Part shown: positions 48,225 through 58,758 of the stretch, one piece after another
How positions within the stretch are numbered: position 1 is the stretch's first letter
Layout of the letters: every line of letters begins with the position of its first letter
Source: an uncultured Bacilli bacterium
Lineage (GTDB): Bacteria > Bacillota_I > Bacilli_A > RF39 > UBA660
Length of the DNA stretch: 64,000 bases
Direction of reading: 5' to 3'
Assembly: GCA_934096295.1 (NCBI GenBank)
Contig: CAKOLL010000005.1
Span: 16,761-80,760 of the forward strand
Notes under the pieces: model-generated
Told to the model about the DNA's origin: nothing
Databases searched by the model: none
What the model saw: only the letters and a program-made list of their open reading frames with translations
Translations under genes and position numbers: made by a program

Positions 48225-49746
48225 TCCTATTAAATAAAATTTCTGGTTTATTTAAGGTAATTCCACATTCTAAATTACCAAATCCATTTATACTTTCAAT
48301 GTTTCTTTCATTTGTATTAAGTTCATTTAATATTTTTTCACTTGTTACATTAATAAATGGTTCAAGAAGTATTGCACATACTCTAATACTTTCTAAGATA
48401 TTATATAAAACAGTTTTTAATCTATCATGTTTAGCTTCATCTTTAGCAAGTATCCATGGTGTAGTTTCATCAATATACTTATTACATCTTTTTAATACTT
48501 CAAATATTTCTTCTAAAGCTTCATTAACTTTTAAACCATCCATTTTTTCATCAACTTTTGTCTTTAAACTTGTAACAGCACTAATTAAATCATTATCAAT
48601 TTCTTCATTTACTTTTGGATTTTCTACCACTCCATCAAAGTATTTATGACTCATACTTATAGTTCTATTAACCAAATTTCCTAAATTATTTACTAAATCA
48701 GTATTTGTTCTATTAATTAATGCTTCTTCAGAGAAATTACCATCACTACCAAAAGAAACTTCTCTTAGAGCAAAATATCTAACAGCATCAACACCATATG
48801 CATCAATATATTCTCTAGGGTCTTTATAGTTACCTAATGATTTAGAAATTTTACCACCATTAATAATTAGCCATCCATGTCCAAACACTTGGTGAGGTAT
48901 TTCAATTCCTAAAGCCATAAGTAATGCAGGCCAAATAATTGCATGGAATCTTGTAATTTCTTTACCAACTAAATGTAAATCTGCTGGCCAATATTTTTTA
49001 AATAATGGCGCATTTTCATCTGGATAACCTAAAGATGTAATATAGTTTGATAAAGCATCAATCCATACATAAATTACATGTTTTGGATCAAAATCTACAG
49101 GAATTCCCCATTTAACTGAAGTTCTTGATACACACAAGTCTTCAAGTCCTGGTTTAATGAAATTATTTACTAGTTCATTTTTTCTTGAAACTGGCAAAAT
49201 AAATTCCGGATTCTTATCATATAATTCAACTAATTTGTCTTGATATTTGGATAATCTAAAAAAGTAAGCTTCTTCAGTAACATTTTTAACCTCACGACCA
49301 CAATCTGGACATTTTCCATCTACAAGTTGAGTTTCTGTCCAAAATGATTCACAAGGAACACAATATAGTCCCTCATAAGAACCTTTATAAATATCCCCTT
49401 GATCATATAATTTTCTAAATATTTTTTGAACAGCTTTAACATGTGATTCGTCAGTAGTTCTAATAAAATAATCATATGAAATGTTTAAACTTTTCCATAA
49501 ATTTTTAGCATTTTCGATTATAACATCAACATATTCTTTTGGCGTTACACCAGCATCCTTAGCTTTTTGTTCAATTTTAGCTCCATGTTCATCAGTTCCA
49601 GTTTGGAAAAACACATCATAACCATTTAATCTTTTATATCTTGCAATAGCATCTGCAATAATAGTTGTATAACAATGTCCAATATGAAAATCCGCACTTG
49701 GATAATATATTGGTGTAGTAATATAATATTTTTTATTCATTTTCAT
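48208..49746 (-). CDS. metG: methionine--tRNA ligase (short form lacking the C-terminal tRNA-binding extension)
   Basis: HIGH variant ADFHIGH, KMSKS variant KISKS, and a CPDC zinc knuckle. Confidence 0.9.
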   Translation of the reverse strand: MKMNKKYYITTPIYYPSADFHIGHCYTTIIADAIARYKRLNGYDVFFQTGTDEHGAKIEQKAKDAGVTPKEYVDVIIENAKNLWKSLNISYDYFIRTTDESHVKAVQKIFRKLYDQGDIYKGSYEGLYCVPCESFWTETQLVDGKCPDCGREVKNVTEEAYFFRLSKYQDKLVELYDKNPEFILPVSRKNELVNNFIKPGLEDLCVSRTSVKWGIPVDFDPKHVIYVWIDALSNYITSLGYPDENAPLFKKYWPADLHLVGKEITRFHAIIWPALLMALGIEIPHQVFGHGWLIINGGKISKSLGNYKDPREYIDAYGVDAVRYFALREVSFGSDGNFSEEALINRTNTDLVNNLGNLVNRTISMSHKYFDGVVENPKVNEEIDNDLISAVTSLKTKVDEKMDGLKVNEALEEIFEVLKRCNKYIDETTPWILAKDEAKHDRLKTVLYNILESIRVCAILLEPFINVTSEKILNELNTNERNIESINGFGNLECGITLNKPEILFNRIEINE

Positions 49747-50254
49747 TTCCTTCTTTCTTTTTATTTGTACTGCCTAGCCCACCAACTCTTGTTTTATTAA
49801 CACAATCATCATCTGTTGTTAAAAATTTAACAAATATCCCTTGAGCATAAGCATCTCCTTTATTAATTATATATTCCTTATCTCCATGATTTTGAAGACA
49901 AATCCACATATGTCCTTCATTATCAGGGTTATTATAATAATCACTTTCAATAATACCCACTTGGTTTGTAAGTCTAACATTATATTTAAAACCCATACTA
50001 CTTCTAACTACAAGCATTAACATTTCATCACTTTCAAATGTAGCTTTATAACCAGTTGGTATTTTTAAAATTTCATTTGGTTTAATAACATAATCTTTTA
50101 TGGCAAAAAAATCATAACCTGCACTATACTTTGTCCCTCTTAAAGGGAGCATATAATCATCATACAAAGTTTTATTATCCCCAAAAACTTTAGTAAATTC
50201 TGGATAACTAATTTTTTCAAATTTTCTCATATTTACCTCCAATAAAAAAATCAC
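49733..50254 (-). CDS. dut: trimeric dUTPase-family protein
   Basis: All five dUTPase motifs are present: AGYDF, RSS, GIIESDY, GDAYAQ and RVGGLGSTN. Overlaps the metG start. Confidence 0.75.
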   Translation of the reverse strand: MIFLLEVNMRKFEKISYPEFTKVFGDNKTLYDDYMLPLRGTKYSAGYDFFAIKDYVIKPNEILKIPTGYKATFESDEMLMLVVRSSMGFKYNVRLTNQVGIIESDYYNNPDNEGHMWICLQNHGDKEYIINKGDAYAQGIFVKFLTTDDDCVNKTRVGGLGSTNKKKEGNENE

Positions 50255-50257
50255 AAA

Positions 50258-50490
50258 CTAAGGACGAGTATAACCCGCGGTACCACCTTAATTCATGATT
50301 TATCATGCAACTTAAAATTTATAACGTAATTACCCGATTTTAACTCCAGAGCCATGTTCGCATATCTTCGTTTTTTCTTTTCCACCAACCAAGAAATCTC
50401 TATGAAACTAGGATATCTACTCTTTCCTTCTTCGTTAAACTAAACATAGTTTACCATACATTTTATGTAAATGCAATTTTTTTAATAATT
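50258..50490 (-). promoter_or_regulatory. T-box riboswitch leader upstream of dut-metG
   Basis: Minus-strand AATTAAGGTGGTACCGCGGG matches the T-box consensus AAUUAGGGUGGNACCGCG (plus coordinates 50274-50293). It is followed by a U-run before the RBS, and upstream there is a stem I-like AGAGTAG...GGTTGGTGG region. The specifier is not resolved. Confidence 0.55.
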
Positions 50491-50636
50491 AGTGTTTAAA
50501 TTTTATTTATTCACTTTCTATTTCTTTAATCAAAAGTAAATTATCTAATATATCTTTTTTTTCATTTACTCTTTGGCTTAATATATCAATATCAATTTTT
50601 ACTAAATCAATTAAGCTTTCAATGTCTAACTTATTT

Positions 50637-51737
50637 TCATCTTCCATTTTTTTCCTCTTTTTCTAAACTTTTTATATCACTTTGAGCTTGAGCAATTTTA
50701 GCATCTAATTCAGCATTTTCAATTATCAATTCATTTTTTCTTTGTTCTAGGTCTGAAAGTTCTTCAAAAGCTGCATCATCTTCAACAATAATTATATCTC
50801 GTGGATTTTTTAAATTAGCAATAGCCATTTGAACTTCAGCAGCACCGGCTCTTCCTAAATTTCTTATTCTTGTTAAATCTTCACTAGTCAACGCCAACAA
50901 ATCATCTTTAGTGTTTATTCCCGCACTTTTTAAACAAAAATAAGTTCTTGCAGAAATTCCTAAATTAATAATAGAATTTATATCCTTTCTTTCTTCTTCT
51001 AACCTTTCAAATTTTATTTCGTACGCAAAATAATTTCTAATTTTAGCATATAATCTACTTAGTTTCAGCTGAAGATCCCTACCTATATGATACATTTTAG
51101 CGATTTCTTTTGAAGTAAGCCTTTCTTCCTCAGGAATTAACCCCCAAAAACGTATAATTATCGTTTTATCAACATCTGATAATCCAACTTTATCCAAATC
51201 ATCTATACTTTTGATATAAAATTTGAAATCTTTCATATCTTCACGTATTGTGATTAAGGGTGTACTTTCAAAATACTCCTCAACATGCCAAAATTCCCTT
51301 TCCTTATATTGGTTAAAAATATATGCATTAAGTCTAAATAATCCTAAATTTCCACCAACCAAATTTAAAAATTCTTTTTTCTTTTTTTCAAAATTGATAT
51401 TATCTAAATATTTTTCTAATTGTTTATTTAACCTAATAAAATATTTGTGTTTCAAAACTGCAACAGCAACCCCTAATTCATTTTGCAATTGCAATCCCAC
51501 TGAACATTTTCCATTATCTAAAACACCATATAATTTTCTAATTATAAACGTATCTCTTTCTGATAAATATGATATTTTTGATTCATTGGTATCATATAAT
51601 TCTTGAATTATTTTTTTTATAAAATCGTTAATAGCTAACTTTTTCTGTTCTTCAGTTAACATTTCAAAAGTTTTATCACATTTAACTTTTTCAACATATT
51701 CTTTTAATACGTCATTCATTGTCATATACTTATCCAT
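50637..51737 (-). CDS. hypothetical DNA-binding protein (sigma-70 region-4-like HTH + RNAP-alphaCTD-like helix-hairpin-helix + C-terminal coiled-coil)
   Basis: KEIAKMYHIGRDLQLKLSRLYAKIR (HTH) and LTSEDLTRIRNLGRAGAAEVQMAIANL (HhH). No family assigned. Confidence 0.45.
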   Translation of the reverse strand: MDKYMTMNDVLKEYVEKVKCDKTFEMLTEEQKKLAINDFIKKIIQELYDTNESKISYLSERDTFIIRKLYGVLDNGKCSVGLQLQNELGVAVAVLKHKYFIRLNKQLEKYLDNINFEKKKKEFLNLVGGNLGLFRLNAYIFNQYKEREFWHVEEYFESTPLITIREDMKDFKFYIKSIDDLDKVGLSDVDKTIIIRFWGLIPEEERLTSKEIAKMYHIGRDLQLKLSRLYAKIRNYFAYEIKFERLEEERKDINSIINLGISARTYFCLKSAGINTKDDLLALTSEDLTRIRNLGRAGAAEVQMAIANLKNPRDIIIVEDDAAFEELSDLEQRKNELIIENAELDAKIAQAQSDIKSLEKEEKNGR

Positions 51738-51907
51738 AATTTACCTCCGTATAAACTTTGAGCATTTCCCTCACGCCCACATTATATCCTAAATATATGT
51801 TTATGTCAAATTTTTGAAAATTGTAATTAAAATAATCGTAAAAAAGTGTAAATTTAAAAATAATCTGCGTTATATTCAAAAAAAATGAGAACCAATATAG
51901 GCTCTCA

Positions 51908-52420
51908 TTAAAATATATCTATTTTATCAGCAATAATTTTAGCTATAAACTTGCCTAAAGAACTATAATCTATAGCATTTTCACTAATTAAAATAACAAG
52001 TCCCAATGAATCACTTGATGCAATAATTGGTATAATAGTAAAATAACCACTTACATCTATTCCAAAATTTATTGTGGATAACTCTTTACTTATTAACATT
52101 TCTCTATTATCAATAAGTTCTAAAAATCTGTTATTAAGTTTAGTATTTTCCACAATTTCTTTATTTGATGACGTAATAACTTTTTCTCTATCAGTTATGA
52201 CTAAATCAATATTATAAATATTCTTAATAAGTTCACATAACTTACCACTTAAATCCTCATACTTTCTAACCTCAAAATATTTTTTTAATATAATACTATC
52301 TTCATTAGTAAAAATCTCTAAAGTTTCACCATCTCTAATACCTAAATTTTTTCTAATTTCCTTAGGAATTACTATTCTTCCAAGTTCATCAATCTTTCTT
52401 GTTACACCAGTTTGTTTCAA
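51908..52420 (-). CDS. spoVT: stage V sporulation protein T (AbrB-type N-domain + GAF)
   Basis: N-terminus TGVTRKIDELGRIVIPKEIRKNLGIRDGETLEIF is a SpoVT/AbrB swapped-hairpin. Length is 170 aa, and it follows mfd as in Bacillus. Confidence 0.8.
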   Translation of the reverse strand: MKQTGVTRKIDELGRIVIPKEIRKNLGIRDGETLEIFTNEDSIILKKYFEVRKYEDLSGKLCELIKNIYNIDLVITDREKVITSSNKEIVENTKLNNRFLELIDNREMLISKELSTINFGIDVSGYFTIIPIIASSDSLGLVILISENAIDYSSLGKFIAKIIADKIDIF

Positions 52421-52474
52421 AAAAATTCACTCCACTTCATTACTTATTGTGGAGCAAATTAATTTTTTTATGTA

Positions 52475-55400
52475 TTAAAGTATTTTTTCTAACAAAGTAA
52501 CTATATAAAATATAAAATGTTTAGGTAAATCTTTAGTATAAAGTAAAATACTAATTTTCTTATTAACATATTTTATATTAAAAGATCTCGATAAATTCAT
52601 CGCTTCAATTAAAAGTTTATCTCCTTTAATATTGCTTGATATTTCTTCTGGTAAAGTAATTTCAATACTTCTATCAGTTTGAACAACTTGTTTAATATTA
52701 TATTTTTTAGCTAATTTTTCAAACCATTCTTCATACATATAAACAAGCATATCATCAGTTACTTTACCAAATCTATCTTCCAGTTCATTCTTTATTTCTA
52801 ACATCTTTTCATAAGAATCAATTTCATTAATCTTTCGATGTATTTCAATCTTAATATCTTCATCTGTTACATATGTATCACTTATGTGAGTACTTACATT
52901 AATTAAAGCTTGTGTATCAGTATCTTCTTCTTCAACATATTCTCCTTGTTGACGTTTAATTTCATCTTCAATCATTTTCATGTATAAAGAAATACCAACA
53001 CTATCTACAAATCCTGCTTGAGATGCTCCGAATATATCACCGGCACCTCTTAGACTTAAATCTCGCATCGCAATTTTATATCCACTACCAAGTTCCGTAA
53101 ATTCTTTAATAGTATTAAGTCTTTTAATTGCAATATCATTTAACATTTTATTTTTTTCATACATTAAATAAGCATAAGCAATTTTATCACTACGACCAAC
53201 ACGACCTCGAATTTGGTAAAGTTGACTTAAACCAAAATTTTCAGCATCATGAATAATTAAAGTATTTACATTGGGAATATCTATTCCACTTTCAATTATT
53301 GTTGTGCATATTAATATATCATAATCATTATTAATAAATGATGTCATTATATTATCAAGTTCATCTTTTTCCATTTTACCATGTGCAAACGTAATCCTTG
53401 CATCAGGAACTAACTCATGAATATGATTCATATATTTTTCAATAGTTTCCACTCTATTATAAAGGATAAATACTTGTCCTCTTCGAGCAAGCTCTTTATA
53501 AATAGCATCTTTAATTAAAAAGTCATCTTCTACAGCTACATAAGTTTGAACTGGATATCTATTAACTGGTGGTGTATCAATAATTGATAAATCTCTAAGA
53601 CCAGACATTGCCATCTTTAAAGTTCTAGGTATTGGTGTTGCGCTAAGAGTCAAAACATTAACATCACTTTTCATAGTTTTTATTTTTTCTTTGTGTGTAA
53701 CTCCGAACCTTTGCTCTTCATCTACTACAAGCAATCCTAAATTCTTACAAACAATATCATCACTAAGTATTCTGTGTGTACCAAATAATATATCAATTCT
53801 ACCTTTTTTTAAATCATCAAGAATTTTATGAGTTTCTCGAGCACTTACATGTCGATTTAATAAAGCAATTTCTATTGGCCAGTTTTTAAATCTCTCTTTG
53901 GCTACATTATATTGTTGTTTAGAAAGAATCGTCGTAGGACATAAATAAAGAACTTGTTCATTATTTAAGACTGCCTTAAACATTGCTCGCATTGCTACCT
54001 CTGTTTTACCAAACCCTACGTCCCCACATAATAATCTATCCATTGGATTAGCTTTTCTTAAATCATTATTTATTTCTACGACAGCTTTTGCTTGATCTGT
54101 TGTTAAATTATATTTAAATTCACTTGCAAATACTTCTTCTTCTGGATAATCTTTATAAGGTTTCTTTTTTAATTCTAATCTTTTTTTATAGAGTAATATT
54201 AATTCTCTTGAAATATCTTTAACTTTCTCAGAAATATATTTCTTAGTTTTTTCCCAATTTGCACTTCCAAGTTTATTAAGTTTTGGTTTTACCCCATCTT
54301 TACCAGTATATTTATATATTAAATCTATTTTTTCAACTGGCACATATATCTTATCCGTTCCTTCATAATAAATTGTTAAAAAATCTTTTTGAACTCCACG
54401 AACTGTTAAAGTTGTTATCCCTTGATAAATACCAATACCATGTGATATATGAACTACATAATCACCTTTTTCTAATTGATTAAAATCTCGAATTTTTTTA
54501 CCAACATGAAAATTATTTTTATAAACACCTTTTGTTAACTTTACATCTTCAATATCATTTTCAGAAATAACCACATACTTATCAAGTATAAATCCATGTG
54601 ATAATTCTTTCATAACTATATTTGCACTAGGAATTATCTTTAATAATTTCTTCTTTTCATTATTATTACTTAAGTAAAAATAAACTATCTTTCCTTCTTT
54701 AATCCAATTATTATAATCACTTACTAATTTATCAAAATTTTCTTTATAATTTATTATACTTTGAGCTTTTAAATCAAGGCCTCCGGTTGAAAACAAATTA
54801 ACAAATATTTTATCATTATCTTTAATATCATCAAAAGAATACATAAGCTCTTCACAAATATTATTTGATTCTTTATATTCAACTATGTCATCATATAAAT
54901 GTGTGTATGAAGCATCAATTTGTGATTTATCTACATAAACCACCAAAGGATTATTAGCATAATCAAATAAAGAACTTTTATCACTTGATGCAATTTCATC
55001 AATTGCTTTTATTTTTATAGATAAAATATCTTCCATTGACATTTGCGTATTTTCATTAAAATATTTAATATTATCTATTACATTACCATCAAATTCAATT
55101 CTAATCGGATGTTCAAAATCTATCGGATACAAATCTAATATAAAACCCCGAACAGCATATTCACCAGACATAGTAACTAAAGATTCTCGGTGATACCCAA
55201 GTTCATCAATTCTACTTACTAATTCATCTCTTTTTATTACATCATTTTTCTTTACCTCAAAATAATTCTTAATATCTTTACTAGGTAAATATTTTAAATA
55301 TCCCATTAAATTAGTTACAATTATATATTTTTTATTATCTTTTATTCTATCTAATGTTTCTAATCTCTTATACTTTAATTCTGGACTACTTGCTATAATC

Positions 55401-55624
55401 ATTGATGATAAAAAATCATCCATTGGAAAAAGTAGTGTATTTTCATGTATTTTAACTAACTCATCATATATTTTATTAGCTTCAAATAAAGAACTAGTTA
55501 ATACAATAATAATTCTATCATATTTTTGACTCAATTTTTCCACGAAAAAAATGTTTAACTCATTTGTTAAACCAGATATTTCTGTTCCAATTTCGTATTT
55601 AAAATATTCATCTAAAAAATTCAT
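52475..55624 (-). CDS. mfd: transcription-repair coupling factor Mfd
   Basis: 1049 aa with DEAD/DEAH helicase motifs (GDVGFGKTEVA, DEEQRFG) and conserved pth-mfd synteny. Confidence 0.95.
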   Translation of the reverse strand: MNFLDEYFKYEIGTEISGLTNELNIFFVEKLSQKYDRIIIVLTSSLFEANKIYDELVKIHENTLLFPMDDFLSSMIIASSPELKYKRLETLDRIKDNKKYIIVTNLMGYLKYLPSKDIKNYFEVKKNDVIKRDELVSRIDELGYHRESLVTMSGEYAVRGFILDLYPIDFEHPIRIEFDGNVIDNIKYFNENTQMSMEDILSIKIKAIDEIASSDKSSLFDYANNPLVVYVDKSQIDASYTHLYDDIVEYKESNNICEELMYSFDDIKDNDKIFVNLFSTGGLDLKAQSIINYKENFDKLVSDYNNWIKEGKIVYFYLSNNNEKKKLLKIIPSANIVMKELSHGFILDKYVVISENDIEDVKLTKGVYKNNFHVGKKIRDFNQLEKGDYVVHISHGIGIYQGITTLTVRGVQKDFLTIYYEGTDKIYVPVEKIDLIYKYTGKDGVKPKLNKLGSANWEKTKKYISEKVKDISRELILLYKKRLELKKKPYKDYPEEEVFASEFKYNLTTDQAKAVVEINNDLRKANPMDRLLCGDVGFGKTEVAMRAMFKAVLNNEQVLYLCPTTILSKQQYNVAKERFKNWPIEIALLNRHVSARETHKILDDLKKGRIDILFGTHRILSDDIVCKNLGLLVVDEEQRFGVTHKEKIKTMKSDVNVLTLSATPIPRTLKMAMSGLRDLSIIDTPPVNRYPVQTYVAVEDDFLIKDAIYKELARRGQVFILYNRVETIEKYMNHIHELVPDARITFAHGKMEKDELDNIMTSFINNDYDILICTTIIESGIDIPNVNTLIIHDAENFGLSQLYQIRGRVGRSDKIAYAYLMYEKNKMLNDIAIKRLNTIKEFTELGSGYKIAMRDLSLRGAGDIFGASQAGFVDSVGISLYMKMIEDEIKRQQGEYVEEEDTDTQALINVSTHISDTYVTDEDIKIEIHRKINEIDSYEKMLEIKNELEDRFGKVTDDMLVYMYEEWFEKLAKKYNIKQVVQTDRSIEITLPEEISSNIKGDKLLIEAMNLSRSFNIKYVNKKISILLYTKDLPKHFIFYIVTLLEKIL

Positions 55625-55633
55625 ATTACCTCT

Positions 55634-56185
55634 TTATTTAGTATTATAAACATTCATTGTTTTATCTATTCCCACATTTATAAACGATTCTATTATTTTA
55701 CCAAAAGTAATAAATTCATTATTTAATGTTTCCAATTCTGATTTACTAAATTTACCTAACACATAATCTATTACTTGATCCTTTTTAACACTTCCAATTC
55801 CTACCTTCAATCTTGGAAAATCTTGATTACCTAAAGAACTAATAATAGATTTTATACCATTATGACCACCACTTGATGAATGACATTTTAATATATAATC
55901 ACCTACATTTAAATCTAAATCATCTTGTATAACTAAAATATCCTTCATATCTATGTTAAAATATCTAACAAATTCTCCGACTGCATTACCAGAATTATTC
56001 ATATAAGTTAAAGGTTTTACAAATAAAACTTTTTCTTGATTTATAACACATTCATAATACAATGCATTAAATTTAGTTGACCATTTTACATTCCCTAAGT
56101 AATCGTCTAAAACCATAAAGCCAATATTATGTCTTGTCTTATCATATTCCTTACCAGGGTTTCCTAATCCCACCACTAATTTCAT
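55634..56185 (-). CDS. pth: peptidyl-tRNA hydrolase
   Basis: MKLVVGLGNPGKEY...TRHNIGF signature. Confidence 0.9.
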   Translation of the reverse strand: MKLVVGLGNPGKEYDKTRHNIGFMVLDDYLGNVKWSTKFNALYYECVINQEKVLFVKPLTYMNNSGNAVGEFVRYFNIDMKDILVIQDDLDLNVGDYILKCHSSSGGHNGIKSIISSLGNQDFPRLKVGIGSVKKDQVIDYVLGKFSKSELETLNNEFITFGKIIESFINVGIDKTMNVYNTK

Positions 56186-56908
56186 TTAAATAACCTCACT
56201 TTCAAATAAATGTTGATAAGTATCTAAGTTATCAACACAAATTTCTTTTCTCAATTTAATTCCGGGTTTGCCATTTTTAACACACTTAACCAAAATTGTG
56301 TTCGCAGCCTTTTCTTTTTTAGTTGAAATAAATTGTAATTCTTTAACATTCATTTTATTTTCTCGTGCTAAAACTATTATGTCATCTAATCTTTCAACAC
56401 GATGAACTAAATAAAATGCTTTATTATCCTTAAGATATTTACTAGCAATTTTAAAAATAGTCTCTAAATCAATGGCAATTTCATGACGAGCTAATGTTAA
56501 AAAATCATTTTTATTTCTATATCCATCTTCTTTGGTCTTAAAGTACGGTGGATTACATGTTATTACATCAAATGTATTACTTTCAAAATAATTATCTATA
56601 TTTTTAATATCATCATTAATTATTCTAATATTTTTTTCTAAACAATTAAATTTTACTGATTCCAAGGCTAATTCACTAATTTCTTTTTGTATTTCAAAAC
56701 CTACAATTTCTGCATCAGTTTTTAAACTTAAAACCAAAGGTACCGGAGCATTTCCTGTACACATATCCAATATTTTTTTATCATCCTTTTTTATTTTAAC
56801 AAACTCTGCTAGTAAAAGAGAATCAAGTGAAAACTTAAATCCATCTTTCATTTGCATAATATATCTATTTTTATAATCAAATAAATCATTTTTCACTTTC
56901 GAAATCAT
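56186..56908 (-). CDS. tRNA (adenine37-N6)-methyltransferase (TrmN6/YfiC/YabB-like)
   Basis: DMCTGNAPVPL SAM motif and NPPYF N6-MTase motif. Confidence 0.7.
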   Translation of the reverse strand: MISKVKNDLFDYKNRYIMQMKDGFKFSLDSLLLAEFVKIKKDDKKILDMCTGNAPVPLVLSLKTDAEIVGFEIQKEISELALESVKFNCLEKNIRIINDDIKNIDNYFESNTFDVITCNPPYFKTKEDGYRNKNDFLTLARHEIAIDLETIFKIASKYLKDNKAFYLVHRVERLDDIIVLARENKMNVKELQFISTKKEKAANTILVKCVKNGKPGIKLRKEICVDNLDTYQHLFESEVI

Positions 56909-57671
56909 AATCTATTTTTTCTCCATTTAATAAGATTTTTCCACGATGATTTATTATATCCACACTTAATACTTGTGCTTCTCCGGCAGATGTAGTTATT
57001 TTATCTCCAACTTTAGGTAATTTATTAGCAGCTTCAATATACGCTTCATCTTCATAAGCTAAACAACACAAAAGTCTTCCACAAGCTCCATTAATTTTTG
57101 AAGGATTAAGTGCTAAATTTTGATTCTTAGCCATGTTCATACTTATAGTATCCATTTTTCTTAAAAATCTAAGACAACAAAGTTCTCCGCCACAAACACC
57201 AATACCACCAATTTCTTTAGCTTTATCACGGGCTCCAATTTGTCTTAACTCAATTCTAGTGTGATAAATACTTGCAAGTTTCTTAGCTAATTCTCTAAAA
57301 TCTATTCTTCCATCTGCAGTAAAATTAAATAATAATTGACTCCGATCCAAATTAAATTGAGCACTTACAACATTCATTTCTAGTTCTAAGTCTTTAACAT
57401 ATTCCATACATTTTTTTAAAGCTTTATCTGCATCTTTTAAATTAGTCAAATATGTCTCATATTCTTCTTTAGTGGCTAATCTTTCAATCTTTTCCATTTC
57501 TTCTTGAATTTCATTTTTTTCAAGTACTTGTACTACTTTTACTAATTGTAACCCTCTTTCAGTATTTACTAAAACCAAAGAACCAATCTCATAATCTTCT
57601 TCACTTAAATAATAATACTTCTTATCAATATTATTAAAAATAACGCCATAAACTCTATTCAATGTAATCAC
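56886..57671 (-). CDS. yaaT: PSP1-domain stage 0 sporulation protein YaaT/RicT
   Basis: Cys cluster (GVCGGELCCLRFL...CGRLLCCLAYE) typical of RicT, with conserved holB-yaaT synteny. Confidence 0.8.
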   Translation of the reverse strand: MITLNRVYGVIFNNIDKKYYYLSEEDYEIGSLVLVNTERGLQLVKVVQVLEKNEIQEEMEKIERLATKEEYETYLTNLKDADKALKKCMEYVKDLELEMNVVSAQFNLDRSQLLFNFTADGRIDFRELAKKLASIYHTRIELRQIGARDKAKEIGGIGVCGGELCCLRFLRKMDTISMNMAKNQNLALNPSKINGACGRLLCCLAYEDEAYIEAANKLPKVGDKITTSAGEAQVLSVDIINHRGKILLNGEKIDYDFESEK

Positions 57672-58524
57672 CCAATTCTATCACAAATTTATCTAATAAC
57701 AATTCTATATTAACATTACTATCTATATCTTCAATATATCCAATTGCTAGTTTAATCCTTTTTATTAACACATCACTAGTTAAAAAATCAAGTTTGCTTA
57801 ACACCTCTAAATCTAAATTGCATTCTAAACCTAATTTTTTATTTAGTAATTCCTCATATATAATAAGGATAATTTTAAATATAGTTTTTATATCATTTCT
57901 CTCACTAAACTTAGATAAAACTATATCTCTATTATACATGATTCCATCTTTTTTTTCTACCTCAATTTTTTCTAAATAATTAATAGCTACCTCAAAATAA
58001 TTTTTATAATCGTCACTCATTATATTTTTAGAATCTAATTCATGAGTTCCATAAATGACTTTTATAACCTCACATCTACTTCTTATTGTTGATATTACAT
58101 TATTAGCATTATCAGTAATAAAAAATCCTATAATATTTGGTTCTGGTTCTTCTAAGAATTTAAGCATAGTATTCGCCGAAGCACCATTTAACTTTTCAGC
58201 ATTTTTTATAATATAAATATTTTCTTTTGTATAGATTGGAACAGTACTAAATTGTTTTTTTAATTCTATTATCTGTTCTTTTTTTATATTCATTCCATCC
58301 GGACTAACTACAATTAATGAAGGTAAATAGTTTTGTTCAATCAAATTACAAATATTACACTTATTACATTTATCATTATAAACATTTTGGCAAAAAATTT
58401 GTTTAACTACAGTTAATAAATCATTAAAACAATTCTCTAGATTATTTGTTTCAATTAAATAAGCATGAGATAGTTTATTCTCATGGTAATATTTTACTAA
58501 ATTTTCTAAAACTTTTACTTCCAC
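57655..58524 (-). CDS. holB: DNA polymerase III subunit delta prime
   Basis: HAYLI, a Zn-binding C-x2-C-x-C cluster and an SRC sensor motif. It lacks Walker A, as delta prime does. Confidence 0.75.
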   Translation of the reverse strand: MEVKVLENLVKYYHENKLSHAYLIETNNLENCFNDLLTVVKQIFCQNVYNDKCNKCNICNLIEQNYLPSLIVVSPDGMNIKKEQIIELKKQFSTVPIYTKENIYIIKNAEKLNGASANTMLKFLEEPEPNIIGFFITDNANNVISTIRSRCEVIKVIYGTHELDSKNIMSDDYKNYFEVAINYLEKIEVEKKDGIMYNRDIVLSKFSERNDIKTIFKIILIIYEELLNKKLGLECNLDLEVLSKLDFLTSDVLIKRIKLAIGYIEDIDSNVNIELLLDKFVIELGDYIE

Positions 58525-58532
58525 AAATCCTC

Positions 58533-58733
58533 CTATAACAAGACAAAATAAATTGCTACCAATGCCAAAAGTCCACTCATTCCTAATGATGCCACAACAC
58601 TTACAGTTATCACATTTATAGGAATAAATATTTTTAAACCACTTACTAATAAATTAAATGCATACACTAAAAAAACAGCTAAAATTATTTTTTTAATTAC
58701 TATAAAAATTATTTTCTTCATAAGTTTCTCCAT
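58533..58733 (-). CDS. small two-TM membrane protein, possibly a BofA-like sigma-K processing regulator (by position)
   Basis: 66 aa and hydrophobic; bofA follows recR in Bacillus. Confidence 0.3.
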   Translation of the reverse strand: MEKLMKKIIFIVIKKIILAVFLVYAFNLLVSGLKIFIPINVITVSVVASLGMSGLLALVAIYFVLL

Positions 58734-58758
58734 TTAACTATATGAAAAAAACAACTAT

